From NCBI GenBank assembly GCA_964035545.1, contig CAXIUT010000183.1, forward strand, positions 124,001-188,000: a DNA stretch of 64,000 nt. The letters are read 5' to 3'. The position numbers and the translations under genes are program-made. This stretch comes from Bugula neritina. Lineage: Eukaryota > Animalia > Bryozoa. Below are positions 1 to 14,215 of the stretch, one piece after another; positions within the stretch are counted from its first letter, which is position 1, and every line of letters starts with the position of its first letter. A model generated the notes under the pieces. That model made no database searches and was not told the DNA's origin. It worked only from the letters and a program-made list of their open reading frames with translations.

Positions 1-1647
1 ATTGAAATACACTACAACACATTGAAATATACTGCAACATACCGGAATATATGGTAAACTACTGAAATATACTGTAACACACTGAAAAATACTGCAACAT
101 ACTGAAATATACTGCGAGACATTGCAATATACTGCAACATACCAAAATATATGGTAAACTACTGAAATATACTTTAACACATTGAAAAATACTGCAACAT
201 ACTGAAATATACTGTATAACACTGAAATATACTGCAACAAACTGAAATACACTGTAACATACTGAAATAAACTGCAACATACCAAAATATATGGTAAACT
301 ACTGAAATATACTTTAACACATTGAAAAATACTGCAACATACTAAAATATACTGTAACACTGCAAGATACTGCAACATACCGAAATACACTGTAACATAC
401 TGAAACACACTGCAACATACTGCATTATACTGACATACACTGGAACATATTGAAATACACTGCAACACAATGAAATATACTGCAACATACCAAAATATAT
501 GGTAAACTACTGAAATATACTTTAACACATTGAAAAATACTGCAACATACTGAAATATACTGTAACACACTGAAATATACTGCAACATACTGAAATACAC
601 TGTAACATACTGAAATAAACTGTAACATACTGAAATACACTGCAACATCCTACAACATACTGAATTACACTGTAACATTGTGAAATACACTGCAACACAT
701 TGAAAAATACTGCAACATACCAAAATATACGGTAAACTATTGAATTATACTGTAACACATTGAAAAATACTGAAACACACTGAAATTTACTCTGACACAA
801 TGCAATATACTGTAACATACTGAATTATGCTGTAGCACACTGAAATACACTGCAACTCACTGAAATATACTGCAACATACTGAAAAACACTGTAACATAT
901 TGAAACATACTGCAACATACTACAACATATTGAAATACACTGCAACACATTGAAATATACTGCAACATACCTAAATATCCGGTAATATACTGAAATATAC
1001 TGTAACACATTGAAAAATATTGCAACATACTGAAATACACTGCAACCCACTGAAATACATCGCAAAAGACTACAACATACTGAAATATACTGTAACACAC
1101 TGAAATATCCTGCAACAAACTGAAATACACTGTAACATATTGAAATAAACTGCAACATACCAAAATATATGGTAAACTACTGAAATATACTTTAACACAT
1201 TGAAAAATACTGCAACATACTAAAATATACCGTAACACACTGCAAGATACTGCAACATACCGAAATACACTGTAACATACTGAAACACACTGCAACATAC
1301 TGCATTATACTGACTAACACTGGAACATATTGAAATACACTGCAACATCCTACAACATGCTGAAATACACTGTAACATATTGAAATACACTGCAACACAA
1401 TGAAATACACTGCAACATACCAAAATATATGGTAAACTACTGAAATATACTTTAACACATTGAAAAATACTGCAACATACTGAAATATACTGTAACACAC
1501 TGAAATATACTGCAACATACTGAAATACACTGTAACATACTGAAATAAACTGTAACATACTGAAATACACTGCAACATCCTACAACATACTGAATTACAC
1601 TGTAACATTGTGAAATACACTGCAACACATTGAAAAATACTGCAACA

Positions 1648-1664
1648 TACCGAAATATACGGTA
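1648..1664. other. 17-bp dyad box TACCG-AAATATA-CGGTA (representative of a family recurring about every 200 bp)
   Basis: Perfect 5-bp inverted arms are directly visible. The common variant TACCA-AAATATA-TGGTA occurs at 140-156, 280-296 and throughout. Function unknown. Confidence 0.8.
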
Positions 1665-2258
1665 AACTATTGAATTATACTGTAACACATTGAAAAATAC
1701 TGAAACACACTGAAATATACTCTGACACAATGCAATATACTGTAACATACTGAAATATGCTGTAGCACACTGAAATACACTGCAACTCACTGAAATATAC
1801 TACAACATACTGAAAAACACTGTAACATATTGAAACATACTGCAACATACTACAACATATTGAAATACACTGCAACACATTGAAATATACTGCAACATAC
1901 CTAAATATCCGGTAATATACTGAAATATACTGTAACACATTGAAAAATACTACAACATACTGAAATACACTGTAACATATTGAAATACACTGCAACATAC
2001 TGAAACATACTGCGACACATTGCAATATACAGTAACATACTGAAACATGCTGTAGCACACTGAAATAGACTGCAGCTCACTGAAATATACTGCAACATAC
2101 TGAAATACACTGCTACATACTGAAATATACTGCAACATACTGCAACATACTGAAATACACTGTAACATACTGCAATACACTGCAACAAACTTCAACATAT
2201 TGAAATACACTGCAACACATTGAAATATACTGCAACATACCTAAATATACGGTAATAT

Positions 2259-2280
2259 ACCGAAAAAAAAACTGTAACAG
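2259..2280 (+). other. 12-bp variant unit ACCG(A)8 followed by ACTGTAACAG (A9 tract landmark); first of 29 copies
   Basis: A-run starts at 2263, 5815, 10617, 11349, 14281, 15143, 20365, 21227, 24139, 28280, 29013, 31815, 32547, 34319, 38460, 39192, 41224, 42876, 45038, 45770, 47802, 50794, 51656, 54648, 55730, 56462, 58494, 61346 and 62208. Each shifts the 10-bp register. Confidence 0.9.
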
Positions 2281-4570
2281 ATTGAAAAATTCTGCAACAT
2301 ACTGAAATAAACTGCAACACACTGAAATACAGCGCAAAATACTACAACATACTGAAATACACTGTAACATATTGAAATACACTGCAACACTTTGAAATAT
2401 ACTGCAACATACCGAAATATATGGTAAACTACTAAAATATACTGTAACACTTTGAGAAATAGTGCAACACACTGAAATATACTCTGACACATTGCAATAT
2501 ACTGTAACATACTGAAATATGCTGTAGCACACTGAAATACATTGCAACTCACTGAAATATACTGAAATACACTGTAACATATTGAAAAATACTGCAACAT
2601 ACTGCAACATACTGAAATACACTGTAACATACTGAAATACATTGCAAAATACTACAACATACTGAAATACACTGTAACACATTGGAATATACTACAACAT
2701 ACCTAAATATCCGGTAATATACTGAAATATACTGTAACACATTGAAAAATACTGCAACATACTGAAATACACTGCGACCCACTGAAATACATCGCAAAAT
2801 ACTACAACATACTGAAATACACTGTAACATATTGAAATACACTGCAACACATTGAAATATACTGCAACCTACAGAAATAGGTGGTAAACTACTGAAATAT
2901 ACTGTAACACATTGAAAAATACTGCAACATACTGAGATATACTGCGACACATTGCAATATACTGTAACATACTGAAATATGCTCTAGCACACTGAAATAC
3001 ACTGCAACCCACTGAAATATACTGCAACATACGGAAATACACTGCAACACATTGAAATACACTGCAACATACCAAAATAAATGGTAAACTACTGAAATAT
3101 ACTTTAACACATTGAAAAATACTGCAACATACTGAAATATACTGTAACACACTGAAATATACTGCAACATACTGAAATACACTGTAACATACTGAAATAA
3201 ACTGCAACATACTGAAGTACACTGCAACATCCTACAACATACTGAAATACAATGTAACATATTGAAACACACTGCAACACATTGAAATATACTGCAATGT
3301 ACCGAATTATATGGTGGACTACTGAAATATACTGTAACACACTGAAATATACTGCAACAAACTGAAATACACTGTAACATACTGAAATAAACTGCAACAT
3401 ACCAAAATATATGGTAAACTACTGAAATATACTTTAACACATTGAAAAATACTGCAACATACTAAAATATACTGTAACACACTGCAAGATACTGCAACAT
3501 ACCGAAATACACTGTAACATACTGAAACACACTGCAACATACTGCATTATACCGACATACACTGGAACATATTGAAATACACTGCAACATCCTACAACAT
3601 GCTGAAATACACTGTAACATATTGAAATACACTGCAACTCAATGAAATATACTGCAACATACCAAAATATATGGTAAACTACTGAAATATACTTTAACAC
3701 ATTGAAAAATACTGCAATATACTGAAATATACTGTAACACACTGAAATATACTTCAACATACTGAAATACACTGTAACATACTGAAATAAACTGCAACAT
3801 ACTGAAATACACTGCAACATCCTACAACATACTGAATTACACTGTAACATATTGAAATACACTGCAACACATTGAAAAATACTGCAACATACCGAAATAT
3901 ATGGTAAACTATTGAATTATACTGTAACACATTGAAAAATACTGAAACACACTGAAATTTACTCTGACACAATGCAATATACTGTAACATACTGAAATAT
4001 GCTGTAGCACACTGAAATACACTGCAACTCACTGAAATATACTGCAACATACTGAAAAACACTGTAACATATTGAAACATACTGCAACATACTACAACAT
4101 ATTGAAATACACTGCAACACATTGAAATATACTGCAACATACCTAAATATCCGGTAATATACTGAAATATACTGTAACACATTGAAAAATATTGCAACAT
4201 ACTGAAATACACTGCAACCCACTGAAATACATCGCAAAAGACTACAACATACTGAAATATACTGTAACACACTGAGATATACTGCAACATACTGAAATAC
4301 ACTGAAACATACTGAAATAAACTGCAATATACCAAAATATATGGTAAACTACTGAAATATACTGTAACACACTGAAAAATACTGCAACATACTGAAATAT
4401 ACTGCGACACATTGCAATATACTGCAACATACCAAAATATATGGTAAACTACTGAAATATACTTTAACACATTGAAAATTACTGCAACATACTGAAATAT
4501 ACTGTAACACACTGAAATATCCTGCAACAAACTGAAATACACTGTAACATATTGAAATAAACTGCAACAT

Positions 4571-4850
4571 ACCAAAATATATGGTAAACTACTGAAATAT
4601 ACTTTAACACATTGAAAAATACTGCAACATACTAAAATATACCGTAACACACTGCAAGATACTGCAACATACCGAAATACACTGTAACATACTGAAACAC
4701 ACTGCAACATACCAAAATATATGGTAAACTACTGAAATATACTTTAACACATTGAAAAATACTGCAACATACTAAAATATACTGTAACACACTGCAAGAT
4801 ACTGCAACATACCGAAATACACTGTAACATACTGAAACACACTGCAACAT
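4571..4850 (+). repeat. 140-bp direct tandem duplication
   Basis: 4571-4710 and 4711-4850 match except accgtaacac vs actgtaacac. Confidence 0.9.
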
Positions 4851-6410
4851 ACTGCATTATACCGACATACACTGGAACATATTGAAATACACTGCAACAT
4901 CCTACAACATGCTGAAATACACTGTAACATATTGAAATACACTGCAACACAATGAAATACACTGCAACATACCAAAATATATGGTAAACTACTGAAATAT
5001 ACTTTAACACATTGAAAAATACTGCAACATACTGAAATATACTGTAACACACTGAAATATACTGCAACATACTGAAATACACTGTAACATACTGAAATAA
5101 ACTGTAACATACTGAAATACACTGCAACATCCTACAACATACTGAATTACACTGTAACATTGTGAAATACACTGCAACACATTGAAAAATACTGCAACAT
5201 ACCGAAATATACGGTAAACTATTGAATTATACTGTAACACATTGAAAAATACTGAAACACACTGAAATATACTCTGACACAATGCAATATACTGTAACAT
5301 ACTGAAATATGCTGTAGCACACTGAAATACACTGCAACTCACTGAAATATACTACAACATACTGAAAAACACTGTAACATATTGAAACATACTGCAACAT
5401 ACTACAACATATTGAAATACACTGCAACACATTGAAATATACTGCAACATACCTAAATATCCGGTAATATACTAAAATATACTGTAACACATTGAAAAAT
5501 ACTACAACATACTGAAATACACTGTAACATATTGAAATACACTGCAACATACTGAAACATACTGCGACACATTGCAATATACAGTAACATACTGAAACAT
5601 GCTGTAGCACACTGAAATAGACTGCAGCTCACTGAAATATACTGCAACATACTGAAATACACTGCTACATACTGAAATATACTGCAACATACTGCAACAT
5701 ACTGAAATACACTGTAACATACTGCAATACACTGCAACAAACTACAACATATTGAAATACACTGCAACACATTGAAATATACTGCAACATACCTAAATAT
5801 ACGGTAATATACCGAAAAAAAAACTGTAACAGATTGAAAAATTCTGCAACATACTGAAATAAACTGCAACACACTGAAATACAGCGCAAAATACTACAAC
5901 ATACTGAAATACACTGTAACATATTGAAATACACTGCAACACTTTGAAATATACTGCAACATACCGAAATATATGGTAAACTACTAAAATATACTGTAAC
6001 ACTTTGAGAAATAGTGCAACACACTGAAATATACTCTGACACATTGCAATATACTGTAACATACTGAAATATGCTGTAGCACACTGAAATACATTGCAAC
6101 TCACTGAAATATACTGAAATACACTGTAACATATTGAAAAATACTGCAACATACTGCAACATACTGAAATACACTGTAACATACTGAAATACATTGCAAA
6201 ATACTACAACATACTGAAATACACTGTAACACATTGGAATATACTACAACATACCTAAATATCCGGTAATATACTGAAATATACTGTAACACATTGAAAA
6301 ATACTGCAACATACTGAAATACACTGCGACCCACTGAAATACATCGCAAAATACTACAACATACTGAAATACACTGTAACATATTGAAATACACTGCAAC
6401 ACATTGAAAT

Positions 6411-9400
6411 ATACTGCAACCTACAGAAATAGGTGGTAAACTACTGAAATATACTGTAACACATTGAAAAATACTGCAACATACTGAGATATACTGCGAC
6501 ACATTGCAATATACTGTAACATACTGAAATATGCTCTAGCACACTGAAATACACTGCAACCCACTGAAATATACTGCAACATACGGAAATACACTGCAAC
6601 ACATTGAAATACACTGCAACATACCAAAATAAATGGTAAACTACTGAAATATACTTTAACACATTGAAAAATACTGCAACATACTGAAATATACTGTAAC
6701 ACACTGAAATATACTGCAACATACTGAAATACACTGTAACATACTGAAATAAACTGCAACATACTGAAGTACACTGCAACATCCTACAACATACTGAAAT
6801 ACAATGTAACATATTGAAACACACTGCAACACATTGAAATATACTGCAATGTACCGAATTATATGGTGGACTACTGAAATATACTGTAACACATTGCAAT
6901 ATACTGTAACATACTGAAATATGCTGTAGCACACTGAAATACACTGCAACTCACTGAAATATACTGCAACATACTGAAATACACTGCAACACATTGAAAT
7001 ATACTGCAACCTACAGAAATAGGTGGTAAACTACTGAAATATACTGTAACACATTGAAAAATACTGCAACATACTGAAATATACTGCGACACATTGTAAT
7101 ATACTGTAACATACTGAAACATACTGTAGCACACTGAAATAGACTGCAGCTCACTGAAATATACTGCATTATACTGAAAAACACTGTAACATATTGAAAC
7201 ATACTGCAACATACTACAACATATTGAAATACACTGCAACACATTGAAATATACTGCAACATACCTAAATATCCGGTAATATACTGAAATATACTGTAAC
7301 ACATTGAAAAATATTGCAACATACTGAAATACACTGCAACCCACTGAAATACATCGCAAAAGACTACAACATACTGAAATATACTGTAACACACTGAAAT
7401 ATACTGCAACATACTGAAATACACTGAAACATACTGAAATAAACTGCAATATACCAAAATATATGGTAAACTACTGAAATATACTGTAACACACTGAAAA
7501 ATACTGCAACATACTGAAATATACTGCGACACATTGCAATATACTGCAACATACCAAAATATATGGTAAACTACTGAAATATACTTTAACACATTGAAAA
7601 TTACTGCAACGTACTGAAATATACTGTAACACACTGAAATATCCTGCAACAAACTGAAATACACTGTAACATATTGAAATAAACTGCAACATACCAAAAT
7701 ATATGGTAAACTACTGAAATATACTTTAACACATTGAAAAATACTGCAACATACTAAAATATACCGTAACACACTGCAAGATACTGCAACATACCGAAAT
7801 ACACTGTAACATACTGAAACACACTGCAACATACTGCATTATACTGACTAACACTGGAACATATTGAAATACACTGCAACATCCTACAACATGCTGAAAT
7901 ACACTGTAACATATTGAAATACACTGCAACACAATGAAATACACTGCAACATACCAAAATATATGGTAAACTACTGAAATATACTTTAACACATTGAAAA
8001 ATACTGCAACATACTGAAATATACTGTAACACACTGAAATGTACTGCAACATACTGAAATACACTGTAACATACTGAAATAAACTGTAACATACTGAAAT
8101 ACACTGCAACATCCTACAACATACTGGATTACACTGTAACATTGTGAAATACACTGCAACACATTGAAAAATACTGCAACCTACAGAAATAGGTGGTGAA
8201 CTACTGAAATATACTGTAACACATTGAAAAATATTGCAACATACTGAGATATACTGCGACACATTGCAATATACTGTAACATACTGAAATATGCTCTAGC
8301 ACACTGAAATACACTGCAACCCACTGAAATATACTGCAACATACGGAAATACACTGCAACACATTGAAATACACTGCAACATACCAAAATAAATGGTAAA
8401 CTACTGAAATATACTTTAACACATTGAAAAATACTGCAACATACTGAAATATACTGTAACACACTGAAATATACTGCAACATACTGAAATACACTGTAAC
8501 ATACTGAAATGAACTGCAACATACTGAAGTACACTGCAACATCCTACAACATACTGAAATACAATGTAACATATTGAAACGCACTGCAACACATTGAAAT
8601 ATACTGCAATGTACCGAATTATATGGTGGACTACTGAAATATACTGTAACACATTGCAATATACTGTAACATACTGAAATATGCTGTAGCACACTGAAAT
8701 ACACTGCAACTCACTGAAATATACTGCAACATACTGAAATACACTGCAACACATTGAAATATACTGCAACCTACAGAAATAGGTGGTAAACTACTGAAAT
8801 ATACTGTAACACATTGAAAAATACAGCAACATACTGAAATATACTGCGACACATTGTAATATACTGTAACATACTGAAACATACTGTAGCACACTGAAAT
8901 AGACTGCAGCTCACTGAAATATACTGCATTATACTGAAAAACACTGTAACATATTGAAACATACTGCAACATACTACAACATATTGAAATACACTGCAAC
9001 ACATTGAAATATACTGCAACATACCTAAATATCCGGTAATATACTGAAATATACTGTAACACATTGAAAAATATTGCAACATACTGAAATACACTGCAAC
9101 CCACTGAAATACATCGCAAAAGACTACAACATACTGAAATATACTGTAACACACTGAAATATACTGCAACATACTGAAATACACTGAAACATACTGAAAT
9201 AAACTGCAATATACCAAAATATATGGTAAACTACTGAAATATACTGTAACACACTGAAAAATACTGCAACATACTGAAATATACTGCGACACATTGCAAT
9301 ATACTGCAACATACCAAAATATATGGTAAACTACTGAAATATACTTTAACACATTGAAAATTACTGCAACATACTGAAATATACTGTAACACACTGAAAT

Positions 9401-9940
9401 ATCCTGCAACAAACTGAAATACACTGTAACATATTGAAATAAACTGCAACATACCAAAATATATGGTAAACTACTGAAATATACTTTAACACATTGAAAA
9501 ATACTGCAACATACTAAAATATACCGTAACACACTGCAAGATACTGCAACATACCGAAATACACTGTAACATACTGAAACACACTGCAACATACTGCATT
9601 ATACTGACTAACACTGGAACATATTGAAATACACTGCAACATCCTACAACATGCTGAAATACACTGTAACATATTGAAATACACTGCAACACAATGAAAT
9701 ACACTGCAACATACCAAAATATATGGTAAACTACTGAAATATACTTTAACACATTGAAAAATACTGCAACATACTGAAATATACTGTAACACACTGAAAT
9801 GTACTGCAACATACTGAAATACACTGTAACATACTGAAATAAACTGTAACATACTGAAATACACTGCAACATCCTACAACATACTGAATTACACTGTAAC
9901 ATTGTGAAATACACTGCAACACATTGAAAAATACTGCAAC
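6411..9940 (+). repeat. Head-to-tail tandem duplication, period 1,760 bp
   Basis: ctacagaaataggtgg at 6421 and 8181. ORF pairs 6421/8181, 7011/8771 and 7754/9514 are offset by exactly 1,760. Only scattered SNPs differ. Confidence 0.92.
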
Positions 9941-12900
9941 ATACCGAAATATACGGTAAACTATTGAATTATACTGTAACACATTGAAAAATACTGAAAC
10001 ACACTGAAATATACTCTGACACAATGCAATATACTGTAACATACTGAAATATGCTGTAGCACACTGAAATACACTGCGACTCACTGAAATATACTACAAC
10101 ATACTGAAAAACACTGTAACATATTGAAACATACTGCAACATACTACAACATATTGAAATACACTGCAACACATTGAAATATACTGCAACATACCTAAAT
10201 ATCCGGTAATATACTGAAATATACTGTAACACATTGAAAAATACTACAACATACTGAAATACACTGTAACATATTGAAATACACTGCAACACATTGAAAT
10301 ATACTGCAACCTATAGAAATATATGGTAAACTACTGAAATATACTGTAACACATTGAAAAATACTGCAACATACTGAAACATACTGCGACACATTGCAAT
10401 ATACAGTAACATACTGAAACATGCTGTAGCACACTGAAATAGACTGCAGCTCACTGAAATATACTGCAACATACTGAAATACACTGCTACATACTGAAAT
10501 ATACTGCAACATACTGCAACATACTGAAATACACTGTAACATACTGAAATACACTGCAACAAACTACAACATATTGAAATATACTGCAACATACCTAAAT
10601 ATACGGTAATATACCGAAAAAAAAACTGTAACAGATTGAAAAATTCTGCAACATACTGAAATAAACTGCAACACACTGAAATACAGCGCAAAATACTACA
10701 ACATACTGAAATACACTGTAACATATTGAAATACACTGCAACACTTTGAAATATACTGCAACATACCGAAATATATGGTAAACTACTAAAATATACTGTA
10801 ACACTTTGAGAAATAGTGCAACACACTGAAATATACTCTGACACATTGCAATATACTGTAACATACTGAAATATGCTGTAGCACACTGAAATACATTGCA
10901 ACTCACTGAAATATACTGCAACATACTGAAATACACTGTAACATATTGAAAAATACTGCAACATACTGCAACATACTAAAATACACCGTAACATACTGAA
11001 ATACATTGCAACAAACTACAACATATTGAAATCCACTGCAACACATTGAAAGACACTGCAACACATTGAAATATACTGCAACATACCAAAATATATGGTA
11101 AACTGCTGAAATATACTTTAACACATTGAAAAACACTGCAACATACTGAAATATACTGTAACACACTGAAATATACTGCAACATACTGAAATACACTGCT
11201 AGATACTGAAATGTACTGCAACATACTGCAACATTCTGAAATACACTGTAACATACTGAAATACACTGCAACAAACCAAAACATATTGAAATACACTGCA
11301 ACACATTGAAATAGACTGCAACCTACCTAAATATACGGTAATATACCGAAAAAAAAACTGTAACAGATTGAAAAATTCTGCAACATACTGAAATAAACTG
11401 CAACACACTGAAATACACCGCAAAATACTACAACATACTGAAATACACTGTAACATATTGAAATACACTGCAACACTTTGAAATATACTGCAACATACCG
11501 AAATATATGGTAAACTACTAAAATATACTGTAACACTTTGAAAAATAGTGCAACATACTGAAATATACTGCGACACTTTGCAATGTACTGTAACATACTG
11601 AAATATGCTGTAGCACACTGAAATACACTGCAACTCACTGAAATATACTGCAACATATTGAAATACACTGCAACATCCTACAACATGCTAAAATACACTG
11701 TAACATATTGAAATACACTACAACACATTGAAATATACTGCAACATACCGGAATATATGGTAAACTACTGAAATATACTGTAACACACTGAAAAATACTG
11801 CAACATACTGAAATATACTGCGAGACATTGCAATATACTGCAACATACCAAAATATATGGTAAACTACTGAAATATACTTTAACACATTGAAAAATACTG
11901 CAACATACTGAAATATACTGTAACACACTGAAATATACTGCAACAAACTGAAATACACTGTAACATACTGAAATAAACTGCAACATACCAAAATATATGG
12001 TAAACTACTGAAATATACTTTAACACATTGAAAAATACTGCAACATACTAAAATATACTGTAACACACTGCAAGATACTGCAACATACCGAAATACACTG
12101 TAACATACTGAAACACACTGCAACATACTGCATTATACTGACATACACTGGAACATATTGAAATACACTGCAACATCCTACAACATGCTGAAATACACTG
12201 TAACATATTGAAATACACTGCAACACAATGAAATATACTGCAACATACCAAAATATATGGTAAACTACTGAAATATACTTTAACACATTGAAAAATACTG
12301 CAATATACTGAAATATACTGTAACACACTGAAATATACTGCAACATACTGAAATACACTGTAACATACTGAAATAAACTGCAACATACTGAAATACACTG
12401 CAAGATCCTACAACATGCTGAAATACACTGTAACATATTGAAGTACACTGCAACACAATGAAATATACTGCAACATACCAAAATATATGGTAAACTACTG
12501 AAATATACTTTAACACATTGAAAAATACTGCAATATACTGAAATATACTGTAACACACTGAAATATACTGCAACATACTGAAAAACACTGTAACATATTG
12601 AAACATACTGCAACATACTACAACATATTGAAATACACTGCAACACATTGAAATATACTGCAACATACCTAAATATCCGGTAATATACTGAAATATACTG
12701 TAACACATTGAAAAATATTGCAACATACTGAAATACACTGCAACCCACTGAAATACTTCGCAAAAGACTACAACATACTGAAATATACTGTAACACACTG
12801 AAATATACTGCAACATACTGAAATACACTGAAACATACTGAAATAAACTGCAATATACCAAAATATATGGTAAACTACTGAAATATACTGTAACACACTG

Positions 12901-14215
12901 AAAAATACTGCAACATACTGAAATATACTGCGACACATTGCAATATACTGCAACATACCAAAATATATGGTAAACTACTGAAATATACTTTAACACATTG
13001 AAAATTACTGCAACATACTGAAATATACTGTAACACACTGAAATATCCTGCAACAAACTGAAATACACTGTAACATATTGAAATAAACTGCAACATACCA
13101 AAATATATGGTAAACTACTGAAATATACTTTAACACATTGAAAAATACTGCAACATACTAAAATATACCGTAACACACTGCAAGATACTGCAACATACCG
13201 AAATACACTGTAACATACTGAAACACACTGCAACATACTGCATTATACTGACTAACACTGGAACATATTGAAATACACTGCAACATCCTACAACATGCTG
13301 AAATACACTGTAACATATTGAAATACACTGCAACACAATGAAATACACTGCAACATACCAAAATATATGGTAAACTACTGAAATATACTTTAACACATTG
13401 AAAAATACTGCAACATACTGAAATATACTGTAACACACTGAAATGTACTGCAACATACTGAAATACACTGTAACATACTGAAATAAACTGTAACATACTG
13501 AAATACACTGCAACATCCTACAACATACTGAATTACACTGTAACATTGTGAAATACACTGCAACACATTGAAAAATACTGCAACATACCGAAATATACGG
13601 TAAACTATTGAATTATACTGTAACACATTGAAAAATACTGAAACACACTGAAATATACTCTGACACAATGCAATATACTGTAACATACTGAAATATGCTG
13701 TAGCACACTGAAATACACTGCGACTCACTGAAATAGACTACAACATACTGAAAAACACTGTAACATATTGAAACATACTGCAACATACTACAACATATTG
13801 AAATACACTGCAACACATTGAAATATACTGCAACATACCTAAATATCCGGTAATATACTGAAATATACTGTAACACATTGAAAAATACTACAACATACTG
13901 AAATACACTGTAACATATTGAAATACACTGCAACACATTGAAATATACTGCAACCTATAGAAATATATGGTAAACTACTGAAATATACTGTAACACATTG
14001 AAAAATACTGCAACCTACTGAAACATACTGCGACACATTGCAATATACAGTAACATACTGAAACATGCTGTAGCACACTGAAATAGACTGCGGCTCACTG
14101 AAATATACTGCAACATACTGAAATACACTGCTACATACTGAAATATACTGCAACATACTGCAACATACTGAAATACACTGTAACATACTGAAATACACTG
14201 CAACAAACTACAACA
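8930..14215 (+). repeat. Block duplication, offset 3,644 bp (~8930-10570 copied at ~12575-14215)
   Basis: ORF pairs 9124/12768, 9486/13130, 9969/13613 and 10195/13839. Shared gcgactc and aaatgtact variants. Confidence 0.85.

Larger units (their letters stand above)
1160..6890 (+). repeat. Block duplication, offset 3,552 bp (~1160-3340 copied at ~4710-6890)
   Basis: A9 tracts at 2263 and 5815. Identical ORF-track entries at 2113/5665, 2549/6101 and 2869/6421. Both copies share a 10-bp unit loss (actgaaatat actgaaatac at 2551 and 6103). The copies diverge at 3341/6893. Confidence 0.9.

Noticed and set aside
140-156. CENP-B box
   Set aside because: The 17-bp length is coincidental. The motif lacks the TTCG....A..CGGG core.
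2259-2280. A9 tracts as poly(A) tails of retroposed SINE/LINE insertions or as intrinsic terminators
   Set aside because: Each tract is a modified satellite unit (accgaaatat to accgaaaaaaaa) with no element body or target-site duplication. The adjacent stem is only 5 bp.
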